Below are positions 1-10,494 of a stretch of 64,000 nt of DNA, piece after piece (the first letter of the stretch is position 1; each line of letters opens with the position of its first letter). Both the position numbers and the translations under genes were made by a program. Source of the stretch: Spirochaetia bacterium. GTDB taxonomy: Bacteria; Spirochaetota; Spirochaetia; DSM-16054; Sediminispirochaetaceae. The notes beneath the pieces are model-generated. The model was not told the DNA's origin. It did no database searches and was given only the letters and a program-made list of their open reading frames with translations. The DNA is taken from NCBI GenBank assembly GCA_034520965.1, contig JAXHMY010000008.1, positions 96,001 through 160,000 of the forward strand. Reading direction: 5' to 3'.

Positions 1-72
1 AATGATGAAGTAAAGTGGGAAATGGGCATTTTCTCCTAAGCTTTTCTTAGTCCTCCTTAGTGGTCCAAGCCA

Positions 73-100
73 TTGACAATTCCTCGCATGCCGATACACT
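73..100 (+). promoter_or_regulatory. sigma70-type promoter for ettA
   Basis: TTGACA (73-78), 16-nt spacer, TACACT (95-100), upstream of SD AAGGA and ATG 140. Confidence 0.5.
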
Positions 101-139
101 ACTACATAAATACAGCAATAAAATAAAGGACACATACAG

Positions 140-1825
140 ATGGCAGAAGGCGATAAGAAGGTAATTTACTCCATGATGCGGGTGAGTAAATTGCATGGTA
201 AGAAGAAGGTTCTCAAGGATATATCTCTCTCCTATTATTACGGGGCAAAAATCGGCGTGCTGGGACTCAACGGTTCCGGTAAGAGCACACTGTTGCGGAT
301 CATGGCCGGAGTAGATACTCATTATGAGGGCGAAGCGGTGCTCTCTCCTGGTTACTCAGTTGGCTTTTTAGAGCAAGAACCCCATCTGGCGGCCGGGAAA
401 ACCGTACGAGAGGTGGTTGAAGAGGGTGCTCAGGAGGCTGTGAGTCTACTTGCTGAATACGATCGTATTAATGAGCAGTTTGCAGAACCTATGGAAGCGG
501 ATGAAATGGAAAAACTCCTCCAACGCCAGGGTGAGGTGCAGGAGAAACTCGATGAGGTAGACGCCTGGAATCTCGACTCGCATCTGCAGCTTGCTATGGA
601 TGCCCTGCGTTGTCCTCCTGAAGAGCAGGTGGTTGATAATCTATCAGGAGGTGAACGTCGTCGTGTAGCCCTCGTTAGGTTATTGCTGCAGAATCCGGAT
701 ATCCTGCTGCTGGACGAACCGACCAACCATCTGGATGCAGAGTCGGTGGAATGGCTGGAGCAGCATTTGCAGCAGTATGCAGGGACGGTTATAGCGGTTA
801 CCCACGATCGTTACTTTCTGGATAATGTAGCCGGGTGGATACTCGAGCTGGATATGGGGGAAGGTATTCCGTATCGCGGAAATTACTCCTCATGGCTGGA
901 GCAGAAGCGCGGCCGGCTTGAACTGGAGGAGAAGCGGGAAAGCGAGCGGCAGAAAACCCTTAGTCGTGAGTTGGAGTGGATTCGTATGGCCCCCAAGGCG
1001 CGGCAGGCAAAAAGCAAGGCCAGGATTAACTCTTACGAGGATCTTTTAACCCAGAATCAGGAAAAGCGACAGCAGGAGCTACAGATTTTTATTCCACCCG
1101 GTCCCCGTCTGGGAGATGTGGTAATCGAAGCGGACAAGGTGTCAAAGGCTTACGATAATCGGCTGCTGGTCGATGACCTTAGCTTCTCTGTTCCCCCCGC
1201 AGCGATAGTGGGGATTATCGGGCCAAACGGTGCCGGAAAGACTACCCTGTTTCGCATGATTACCGGGAAAGAGAATCCGGATAGGGGTACTTTGAAAATC
1301 GGTGAGACAGTAAAATTAGGGCATGTTGATCAGATGCGTGAAGCCCTTGAACCGGATAAAAGTGTTTGGGAGATGATTTCCGACGGACAGGAGGAAATTC
1401 AGCTTGGCAAGCGAACCGTCAACTCCCGAGGCTATGTGTCCCGCTTTAATTTCCTAGGGGCCGATCAGCAGAAGAAAGTGGGGGTGCTCTCCGGGGGAGA
1501 GCGGAACCGTATCCAAGTGGCTATGATGCTCAAAAGTGGAGCTAACTGTCTGCTGCTGGATGAACCGACCAATGATCTGGATGTAAATACGATGCGTGCC
1601 CTGGAGGACGGGCTTCTGGGGTTTGCCGGCTGTGTTCTGGTTATCTCCCACGACCGCTGGTTTCTAGACCGCATTGCTACTCACATTCTAGCCTTTGAAG
1701 GCGACAGTTCGGTACGTTGGTTTTACGGAAACTACTCCGAATATGAAGAGGATAGGCATCGGCGTCTGGGAATCGAAGCGGACACTCCGCATAGGGTAAA
1801 ATACCGTAAATTAACAAGGGATTAG
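140..1825 (+). CDS. ettA: energy-dependent translational throttle protein EttA (ABC-F ATPase)
   Basis: Two ABC domains (GLNGSGKS, LSGGE, LLLDEPTNHLD; GPNGAGKT), inter-domain ELEWIR..PKARQAKSKAR linker, C-terminal HRVKYRKL typical of EttA. Confidence 0.95.
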   Translation: MAEGDKKVIYSMMRVSKLHGKKKVLKDISLSYYYGAKIGVLGLNGSGKSTLLRIMAGVDTHYEGEAVLSPGYSVGFLEQEPHLAAGKTVREVVEEGAQEAVSLLAEYDRINEQFAEPMEADEMEKLLQRQGEVQEKLDEVDAWNLDSHLQLAMDALRCPPEEQVVDNLSGGERRRVALVRLLLQNPDILLLDEPTNHLDAESVEWLEQHLQQYAGTVIAVTHDRYFLDNVAGWILELDMGEGIPYRGNYSSWLEQKRGRLELEEKRESERQKTLSRELEWIRMAPKARQAKSKARINSYEDLLTQNQEKRQQELQIFIPPGPRLGDVVIEADKVSKAYDNRLLVDDLSFSVPPAAIVGIIGPNGAGKTTLFRMITGKENPDRGTLKIGETVKLGHVDQMREALEPDKSVWEMISDGQEEIQLGKRTVNSRGYVSRFNFLGADQQKKVGVLSGGERNRIQVAMMLKSGANCLLLDEPTNDLDVNTMRALEDGLLGFAGCVLVISHDRWFLDRIATHILAFEGDSSVRWFYGNYSEYEEDRHRRLGIEADTPHRVKYRKLTRD

Positions 1826-1829
1826 GCTT

Positions 1830-2738
1830 ATGAAAACATTGGCATTCGGCGAAGTACTGTGGGATATCATTAATGGAACAGAGTATATCGGAGGCGCCCC
1901 GTTTAATTTAGCCTCTCATCTGGCACAGATGGGGGCTGACTCGGCTATGGTATCGGCTGTTGGTGATGATGAGCGGGGAGTTCGCGCTCTGCAGAGTGTA
2001 AAAGAGAAGGGAGTCGTGGATAGCTATATTGCCACTCTCCCTGGTGTCCCTACCGGCATCGTAGAGGTGGAACTTGATGCAGCGGGAAAGCCGACGTATG
2101 TGATTCGAGAGGGAAGCGCATGGGATTCGATCGAGCTATCTGAAACTCAGATGAAGGCAATCCGCGTAGAAGACTGGGACATAGTGGCCTTTGGTTCGCT
2201 GGCTCAGCGTACAAAAAACAATCAGGCTATCCTTGAGCAGGTATTGGAGGCTGCGGCTCCCAAAGAGGTTTTTTGTGATGTCAATCTTCGCCTGGACTAC
2301 TACTCTAAGGCGGTTATTTCGCGCTCCCTGAAACACAGTACTATTTTGAAGCTGAATGATGAGGAAGTGCCGGTTATATCAAAACTGCTCTACGGTGAAG
2401 AGCTGTCGGACCGGGATTTTTGCCGGAGGATGACTGAGGACTGGAATATTCATACTACCGCCATTACCCGCGGCAAACAGGGTGCATCTGTGTACAGAGC
2501 GGAAGACTACATCCACGTTCCGGTTGTAGATGTTCCGGTGGTGGATACCGTTGGCGCCGGTGACAGCTTCTCGGCGGCTTTCTTGTTCGGGTTCTTCTTT
2601 ACCCATGATATCGACAAGGCGGCCAATTTGGCTTCTTTGGTAAGCTCGTACGTTACTTCAAGGAGCGGAGCTATACCCCACTATGATGAACCGGTGCAGA
2701 AGGCGATTGAACGGGTCCATCGCGAGGCTATAGAATAG
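1830..2738 (+). CDS. PfkB-family carbohydrate kinase (fructokinase-like)
   Basis: GEVLWD, GGAPFN, DVNLR, KLNDEE, DTVGAGDSF motifs. Confidence 0.9.
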   Translation: MKTLAFGEVLWDIINGTEYIGGAPFNLASHLAQMGADSAMVSAVGDDERGVRALQSVKEKGVVDSYIATLPGVPTGIVEVELDAAGKPTYVIREGSAWDSIELSETQMKAIRVEDWDIVAFGSLAQRTKNNQAILEQVLEAAAPKEVFCDVNLRLDYYSKAVISRSLKHSTILKLNDEEVPVISKLLYGEELSDRDFCRRMTEDWNIHTTAITRGKQGASVYRAEDYIHVPVVDVPVVDTVGAGDSFSAAFLFGFFFTHDIDKAANLASLVSSYVTSRSGAIPHYDEPVQKAIERVHREAIE

Positions 2739-2761
2739 TACTGTATTCCGTCCGGCAGTTA

Positions 2762-3106
2762 TTAATCAAATATTATAACAGCCGTCATTATCAGAGGGAT
2801 TCGGCCGATGTTGGCGATGCTGTGTGATTCTCCATCTCTGGTAATCACTACATCTCCGGGACCGACCTTTTTGCTACCCTCCGACTCCTCGACTTCCCCA
2901 TCTCCCTCGTGAATTAGGTAGTATTCAGTTTCGCCGTCATGTTGGTGCGGGCCTATACTGGCACCGACTGGAATGTCGATACGAGCCATGAGCCGACCGT
3001 TTTTTATCTGATCTTTATCCACTAAATGGGTGATAGCGATAGTTCCGGAACCTCCTCGCATATTCTCTTTCAGTTCAGTCTGCATTGCATCTCTTTTGTT
3101 GATCAT
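2762..3106 (-). CDS. cupin domain protein
   Basis: IGPHQHDGETEYY..G and GD....DGESHSIAN cupin motifs; SD GGAGG upstream. Confidence 0.85.
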   Translation of the reverse strand: MINKRDAMQTELKENMRGGSGTIAITHLVDKDQIKNGRLMARIDIPVGASIGPHQHDGETEYYLIHEGDGEVEESEGSKKVGPGDVVITRDGESHSIANIGRIPLIMTAVIIFD

Positions 3107-3124
3107 CTGCTAGCCTCCATGCGT

Positions 3125-3400
3125 TTATTTTCTTGGTGGAAAATCGTAGTGTCGCTCAAACAACTTTTTTACTTGAGCAGCCACTTTTTCGTCGTCCGGT
3201 CCTTCTACTCTTATTTTTACTTCATCCTTCTGTACAAGGCCAAGCGAAAGCAGCCCCATGACGCTGTTCAAATTGACACTGAAACCATGTGCTTCAGCGC
3301 TGATTTTGCCGGAGTAATCTCTTATCTCCTCAATGATAACTCCCGAAGGACGGACATGAATGCCGGCTTGGTTTTGTACAACAGCGGTTTTTTCTACCAT
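3125..3400 (-). CDS. ptsH: HPr phosphocarrier protein
   Basis: GIHVRPS (His15) and NSVMGLLSL (Ser46); start moved to ATG 3400 (MVEKTAVV) to match HPr length. Confidence 0.9.
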   Translation of the reverse strand: MVEKTAVVQNQAGIHVRPSGVIIEEIRDYSGKISAEAHGFSVNLNSVMGLLSLGLVQKDEVKIRVEGPDDEKVAAQVKKLFERHYDFPPRK

Positions 3401-3577
3401 GGTGGTATTGTAATGCAAAGAATCTAATATTTGAAGCCGCATAATAAAAATTTATAGTTGAAGAATTACTATTTATTGAGGTAATCTGTGTAACAGAGTT
3501 GTATGGAAAATTTTGTGCTTCAGGGGTTGAATCTTATCTAAGTGATCTTAAACCGGAGTATACTCTGCATATAAACA

Positions 3578-3868
3578 ATGAAAATAGCCGAATACGGCTA
3601 TTCTCATACTAGTAAAAGGAAAAAGGAAATGAACGAATCACTCATACCCGGCCGCTGGTACAGGCTGGAGTTACCATTGGAAAAAATTTTTTATGCCGAA
3701 TACATTGTCGAAAAAAACAATCCCCAGGTTAGTTGGTTCCGTTTTCTTGATGGTTCCCGTAAGGCAACCGGAGATGTTCTTCCTTATGTAACTTCTATCA
3801 TAGAAATTGAGGCTCCCGAGAAAAGCCGTAATTACGATATCCGTGACTATACGGATGTGGAAGAATAA
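3578..3868 (+). CDS. hypothetical protein
   Basis: 96-aa ORF filling the gap; likely true start ATG 3629 after AAGGA; no recognised domain. Confidence 0.55.
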   Translation: MKIAEYGYSHTSKRKKEMNESLIPGRWYRLELPLEKIFYAEYIVEKNNPQVSWFRFLDGSRKATGDVLPYVTSIIEIEAPEKSRNYDIRDYTDVEE

Positions 3869-3877
3869 GGGGACGGG

Positions 3878-5074
3878 GTGAAGTTGCAGAGGCTGGATAG
3901 GGTGGCACTGTTTGCCGCCTTATCACTTTTTTTGTCGATAATCGAACTTGTCATACCCAAACCAATCCCTTTTTTTAGGCTAGGCCTGGCCAATTTGCCG
4001 TTGTTAATTGCTCTGACTTTTTTTAATCGGCGTGAATTTGTGCTTCTGGTACTTTTAAAGGTCTTTGGGCAGGGGATTGTCTCCGGTACCCTCTTTTCAT
4101 ACGTGTTTTTATTTTCTGCAACCGGAAGTTTTTCCTCCGGTGCGGTTATGCTGCTGCTGCGCAGATGGTATCCAAAGGGAATCTCTCTTGTGGGAATCGG
4201 GGTAGTGGGAGCCTTCGCAAGCAATAGTGCCCAGCTGCTGTTTGCCTCGCTGTATATTTTTGGACGGAGTACCTGGCTGATTGCACCACTATTTTTACTG
4301 ATTGGAACTGTCAGCGGGATGATTCTAGGCGCTACTGCCGGCTATCTATTGCAGCATTCAAGATGGCTGGCGGTTATGCCGGTTGAAGAGTCGCCGGACC
4401 AGCCTTCCCAGCCTCCAAAACATGAAAAACATGCGGAAAAGATGGATGCACCCGTTGTGCGGGTTACACCCATGGTCCGGCTCCTCACCGGTTTGTTGAT
4501 GATTGCTCCTTTTATAATGCAGCCTCAGATTCTCCTCAAGTTTGTCCATATTCTGCTGTTTGGTGTGGCTTCTCTCTACCTGGGAAAGCGTGTGCGAATT
4601 CTTCCCGGAATAATGATAGCTGCCGCAGTAACCGGAGCCCAATTGTTGACTCCTCTAGGCGAGGTGCTTACCTACATCGGCTCCTTCCCGATTACCGCTG
4701 GGGCCCTCCGGCAGGGTGTGCTGCGGGGGCTGAACTTGGTGGGATTGGTATATTTGTCACGGTATGCGGTTTCTTCGGGGCTGCCGATCCCCGGGAAATT
4801 GGGTGCGCTTCTCTACAGGGTGTTTTATTACTTTGAAGAATTGACTGCCTATAGGGTGGTACGGGACAGGAGTACCGGTTTTCGGGGGAATATCAAACAG
4901 GCTCTTATGGGAATAGACGGTTTTTTATTGGAGCTTTCGCTTTCATCAGCAGGAGCAGCTGAAGGCAGAGCGGCAAAGCTGGTTATGCCGGGACTCGGTG
5001 TCCATATAATACTGCCATTGGTGGGTGTAGGGCTCCATTGGATTCTATATGCGGTCGGGTTTGTATATTTATGA
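3878..5074 (+). CDS. Gx transporter / heptaprenyl-diphosphate synthase component I family membrane protein with C-terminal membrane extension
   Basis: N-terminal LSIIE..IPKPIPFFRLGLAN, SLVGIGVVGA..SN..QL motifs; hydrophilic linker, then a second hydrophobic domain. Confidence 0.75.
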   Translation: MKLQRLDRVALFAALSLFLSIIELVIPKPIPFFRLGLANLPLLIALTFFNRREFVLLVLLKVFGQGIVSGTLFSYVFLFSATGSFSSGAVMLLLRRWYPKGISLVGIGVVGAFASNSAQLLFASLYIFGRSTWLIAPLFLLIGTVSGMILGATAGYLLQHSRWLAVMPVEESPDQPSQPPKHEKHAEKMDAPVVRVTPMVRLLTGLLMIAPFIMQPQILLKFVHILLFGVASLYLGKRVRILPGIMIAAAVTGAQLLTPLGEVLTYIGSFPITAGALRQGVLRGLNLVGLVYLSRYAVSSGLPIPGKLGALLYRVFYYFEELTAYRVVRDRSTGFRGNIKQALMGIDGFLLELSLSSAGAAEGRAAKLVMPGLGVHIILPLVGVGLHWILYAVGFVYL

Positions 5075-5102
5075 AAAGGAGTATAAAATTTCGGCTGTTG
5101 TA

Positions 5103-5131
5103 TTGACATAGTTGTAGAGTACTGTTAGCGT
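5103..5131 (+). promoter_or_regulatory. sigma70-type promoter of the ilv-leu leader
   Basis: TTGACA (5103-5108), 17 nt, TAGCGT (5126-5131) preceded by TGn extended -10. Confidence 0.65.
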
Positions 5132-5174
5132 TCTTGTAACTATAAACTTTCACTTATTCTGAGGAGAATGCAGT

Positions 5175-5378
5175 ATGCAGAACGCAATAATGAACGTGAT
5201 GACCGCTATTTCAATTTCTATTATCGCCCTCATCATCATTATTATTGTTGCAAGTCTGTCTCTCCTAATTACCAACCTGCTACTAAGCCTATCGGGCATT
5301 ATTATTCTACTAATTAGTGGAGCTCGAGGTGAGTTCCATTGTTCCTGCCGTAGTAATACGGCCCCTGCACACTGCTAA
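5175..5378 (+). CDS. putative ilv-leu operon leader (attenuator) peptide
   Basis: SD GAGGAG 5161-5166; 15 Ile, 10 Leu, 2 Val in 67 codons; 6 of 10 Leu are CTA; directly upstream of ilvB. Confidence 0.8.
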   Translation: MQNAIMNVMTAISISIIALIIIIIVASLSLLITNLLLSLSGIIILLISGARGEFHCSCRSNTAPAHC

Positions 5379-5570
5379 ATAGCAGCCCGCAGCGGGAAAA
5401 GCATAGGAACAATGAAGCTACCTCGACTCATCCACCCTGGTTATAGGTATATCTAAAGTATAGATATGCAGGTAACCGGGGACCGGTATATCCTAAAGTC
5501 GAGAGCTGCTGCCGATTGTTCCTCCTTTTCTCACTCCTGCGGGAATGTCTTAAATTGAGAGGAGGAGAGG
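5322..5570 (+). promoter_or_regulatory. alternative-pairing RNA switch with anti-Shine-Dalgarno for ilvB
   Basis: Mutually exclusive complementarities 5324-5346/5405-5426, 5386-5427/5498-5543 and 5522-5533/5556-5567. Confidence 0.7.
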
Positions 5571-7238
5571 ATGAAAGGCGCGAGAATACTGGTTGAAGCA
5601 TTAAAAAAAGAGGGAGTTGATACTCTTTTTTGTTATAACGGCGGGGCCGTTATTTCGATTTTTGATGAGCTTTACACCCACGGTAAAGAGATCAATTTAA
5701 TCCAGCCCCGGCACGAGCAAGGGGGAACCCATGCTGCTGATGGGTACGCCCGTTCAACCGGCAAACCGGGGGTTGTATTAGTAACCTCCGGTCCGGGGGC
5801 TACCAATACCATCACCGGTATTGCTACCGCATATATGGATTCGGTGCCCTTGGTGGTGTTTACCGGGCAGGTGTCTACCGGAATGATAGGGACCGATGCG
5901 TTTCAGGAAGCTGATACGGTGGGCATCACAATGCCCATTACTAAAGCCAACTTTCTGGTAAAGAACGTAGAGGAACTTGCTTCTACGGTGAAGAAGGCCT
6001 TCCATCTGGCTATCACCGGCAGACCGGGTCCGGTGGTTGTGGACATCCCCAAGGATGTTCAGATGGACGAGACCGATTTTTCCTACCCCCTTACTCCCGA
6101 CTTGCCCGGATATCGGCCCAAGGATAGCGGCCATCCTCGCCAAGTGAAAACCCTGAAAAAATACCTTCATGAAGCCCGTAAGCCGGTGGTCATCTCCGGT
6201 GGAGGGGTAAACAGCGCCGGAGCAACCGAGCTGATGAACGAGTTCTGTGATCGCTACGGTGTACCGGTGGTGACAACTCTGCTGGGCCATGGAGTTTCCC
6301 CACAGCATGAAGAGCTCAATTACGGACCAATCGGAATGCACGGTTCTCTGTACGGTAACTATGCCCTGCAAAATTGTGACCTGCTTATGGCATTCGGGAC
6401 CCGCTTCTCCGACCGTATTATGGGGGATCCCGATGTGTTCGCCGAACAGGCTCGAATTGTTCACGTAGATATTGATGCTGCAGAAATCGGAAAGAACATT
6501 TCTGTTGATTTGCCGATAGTGGGGCCGATTTCCGGTGTGTTGGAGGAGCTCAACCGCGAGGAGAGCTACGCTGACTATTCCAAGTGGGTAGAAGAACTCC
6601 GAGCATACCGTAGCGAAAACCCCCTCGAATTTGATCAAAGCGATGTTTTAAAGCCGCAATACCTTATCCAACTTGCACAGAAGTACTTTCCCGAAAATAC
6701 CATAGTAGCCTCCGATGTAGGCCAGAACCAGATGTGGGTGGCTCAGTACTTTCACTTTCATCGCGGCCGTCGTCTGCTTACCTCCGGAGGCCTTGGTACA
6801 ATGGGCTACGGCCTGCCTGCGGCTATTGGTGCTGCAGTTGGGAACCCGGATGCCCAAGTACTGACGGTATCCGGGGATGGGGGCTTCCAAATGAATATGC
6901 AGGAAATGGCTACCGTGAAGCAGTACGGGCTGAAAGTAAAAATGCTGGTTCTGGACAATAGTTGCCTCGGTATGGTGCGCCAGTGGCAGCAGTTGTTATT
7001 TGATAAGCGCTACTCAGGTACATGCATGAATGATAACCCGGATTTCGGCTTGATGGCAAAAGCAATGGGTATTCCTTCATTGAAGCTTGAAAAAGTTTCC
7101 GAGGCCGAGCAGACAATGAAGGCCTTTGCCGAGAGCGAGGGGAGTATGCTGCTGCATGCCGTGATTGAGGGCGAAGAGAACGTGGTTCCGATGGTACCGG
7201 CGGGAAAACCTTTAGATAAAGTAATTCGCAAAATCTAG
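5571..7238 (+). CDS. ilvB: acetolactate synthase large subunit
   Basis: RHEQGG.HAADGYAR, TSGPGATN, TSGGLGTMGYGLPAAIGA, GDGGFQMN, LGMVRQWQ. Confidence 0.95.
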   Translation: MKGARILVEALKKEGVDTLFCYNGGAVISIFDELYTHGKEINLIQPRHEQGGTHAADGYARSTGKPGVVLVTSGPGATNTITGIATAYMDSVPLVVFTGQVSTGMIGTDAFQEADTVGITMPITKANFLVKNVEELASTVKKAFHLAITGRPGPVVVDIPKDVQMDETDFSYPLTPDLPGYRPKDSGHPRQVKTLKKYLHEARKPVVISGGGVNSAGATELMNEFCDRYGVPVVTTLLGHGVSPQHEELNYGPIGMHGSLYGNYALQNCDLLMAFGTRFSDRIMGDPDVFAEQARIVHVDIDAAEIGKNISVDLPIVGPISGVLEELNREESYADYSKWVEELRAYRSENPLEFDQSDVLKPQYLIQLAQKYFPENTIVASDVGQNQMWVAQYFHFHRGRRLLTSGGLGTMGYGLPAAIGAAVGNPDAQVLTVSGDGGFQMNMQEMATVKQYGLKVKMLVLDNSCLGMVRQWQQLLFDKRYSGTCMNDNPDFGLMAKAMGIPSLKLEKVSEAEQTMKAFAESEGSMLLHAVIEGEENVVPMVPAGKPLDKVIRKI

Positions 7239-7249
7239 GAGGAAAAACA

Positions 7250-7767
7250 ATGGGTGAAGATAAAAGTACTTATACAGATCATGTAATTTCAATGCTGGTT
7301 TTTAATCATCCGGGAGTGTTGTCAAAGATTACCAGTTTAATTACACGGCGGGGATTTAACATCGACAGTATTGCCGCCGGGCCGACCAAAGAGAAGGATA
7401 TGTTCCGGCTCACTATTATGGTAAAGGGGGATGATCGGAGTATCGAACAGATCCAGAAGCAGTTATATAAGATTGTGGACACCTTCAAAATTATGACTAT
7501 CCACCCGGCTCGGAAGGTTGAGCGTGAAATCGGCCTGATCAAAGTGAAGGCTCCGATGGAAGAGCGAAACGAGGGCTGCAGATGGTAAAATGTATTCAAA
7601 AGGTTCAGATACCTGACTCAAGTACCAGTCGGTTTGTTGTTGGATAACCAGAGCAGTGATGAGGTCGATTGCTTTATCAGTTTGTTTCCACTGTTAATCA
7701 GATTGTGGAAGTCGCCAGGACAGGAATCGTGGCGATGGATCGTTGGGAGAAAAACGGTGCATCTTGA
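7250..7767 (+). CDS. ilvN: acetolactate synthase small (regulatory) subunit, frameshifted
   Basis: N-terminal [26 protein letters not shown]-terminal [14 protein letters not shown] in another frame ending TGA 7765-7767; indels between about 7570 and 7700. Confidence 0.85.
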
Positions 7768-7810
7768 GGTGCAGTGGGAAGCAATAAAATTAAAATTTAA
7801 GGAGAAAAAA

Positions 7811-8804
<994 letters not shown>

Positions 8805-8814
8805 GGAGATAGAT

Positions 8815-10494
8815 ATGAGCAATCAGGTAAAGGTGTACGATACGACCCTGCGGGACGGCGCTCAGTCGGTGGGGGTTACCTTTCTCTCTGCATGATGAAG
8901 TGCGGTGATGGAAGCCCTTGATGATATGGGGATGCACTATATCGAAGCCGGTTGGCCCGGTTCGAATCCGAAGGATGCGGCTTTTTTTGAGGCCGCCCAG
9001 TCCATACGGCTGCGTAACTCACGCTTAGCTGCTTTTGGTTCAACCCGTATGAAGAATACCAAAGTTGAACAGGACCGCAATCTGGACTTGCTGCTGCGCA
9101 GCAATGTGCCGGTGATTACCATTTTCGGAAAGTCCTGGGATCTGCATGTGCTTGAGGCGTTGGGGACAAGTCCTGAGGAGAACCTGGAGATGATTTACTC
9201 TTCCGTACGTTACTTAAAATCGCGGGTGGATGAGGTAGTGTTCGATGCCGAGCACTACTTCGACGGAGTGAAAGCGAATCCCGAGTACGCCTTTGCCACT
9301 TTGAACGCAGCCGCGGAAGCCGGAGCGGATTGGCTGGTGCTGTGTGATACCAATGGAGGTACTCTCCCGGACGCCTTCCAGCGTGAGACAGAGAAGGTTA
9401 TCGACCGCTACTCTTTGCCGGTCGGCGTTCATGCGCATAACGATTCTGATTCGGCTGTAGCAAACTCACTTTTAGGGGTGGGAGCCGGTGCGCAGATGGT
9501 GCAGGGAACCATTAACGGTTTAGGCGAGCGATGCGGGAACGCAAACTTGTGCAGTGTAGTGCCGAATTTGAGCCTGAAACAGTCCTATTCAACGGTCGGT
9601 GAGGAGAATATCCGCAAACTGCAGAAGGTCTTCTCCACTTCTCGTATCGGAGATGTCGAATACTACCCCGATCGAGCACATGCCCTTTGTGGGACAGCAT
9701 GCTTTCAGCCATAAGGGGAGAATTCGTGTATCAGCGGTACGCAAAAACCCCCTGACCTACGAACACATTGACCCCGAGCTGGTCGGAGACAGTCGTTTTA
9801 CCACTGTCTCAGAGCTCTCGGGAAAGAGTAATATTATTGAAAAGACTAAAAATATGGGTCTTGGTCAGGAGTTGAGCGGTGAGGCAGCCGGCAAAATTGT
9901 GGAAAAGGTAAAAGAACTGGAGTCACAGGGCTATCACTTTGAGGGTGCGGAAGCCTCCTTCGAACTTCTATCGGCCGCTCTGATGGGTTCACTGAAAGAG
10001 TACTTTACCCTGCACGGGTACCGAATTATGATCTGGAACAATGGGGACGGGAATACCTGGTCTGAAGCTACTATAAAAGCCTCTGTTCCGGAGGATGTGT
10101 CCCATCAACAGGGTCACAGTGAAGCTGTTGAACACACCTCTGCCGACGGCAGCGGACCGGTTGAGGCCTCTGGCAGAAGCCGCTGGAAAGGCGCTGGAGA
10201 AAATTTCATCCGCATATTAAGAATACCCGCCTTACCGATTACAAGGTGCGTATTTTGAACGAGGAATCGGGAACCTGCGCACTTACTCGGGTAATCATAA
10301 ATACTTCCGATGAAGAGACCAGCTGGGGAACAGTGGGAGTTTCGGAGAACATAATAGAGGCCTCATGGCAGGCTTTAACCGATTCTCTCATTTACAAATT
10401 GAAAAAAGACGAAGCCAAACGGGCTGCTGACGGCGAAAAAACAGATGCGTCAGTCGATAATGGAAAGGAGCATGTATATGGGACGATATCTTAA
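8815..10494 (+). CDS. cimA: citramalate synthase, several frameshifts
   Basis: YDTTLRDGAQ at 8836; YIEAGWPGSNPKD, GKSWDLHV, FDAEHYFDG, LCDTNGG, GERCGNANL, VSELSGKSN, FEGAEASFEL, WGTVGVSENIIEASWQAL across four frame segments. Confidence 0.88.

Noticed and set aside
1..46. Start of a divergent gene (minus-strand ATG at 29 with AGGAG)
   Set aside because: Plausible, but only nine codons lie in the window, too little to call
5168..5317. Alternative His/Tyr-rich uORF from ATG 5168
   Set aside because: ATG is only 1 nt from the SD, and His/Tyr do not fit the operon; it is the shifted reading of the Ile codon runs
5480..5550. Classical intrinsic terminator in the ilv leader
   Set aside because: No compact GC hairpin followed by a long U-run; the pyrimidine tract is better explained as anti-SD
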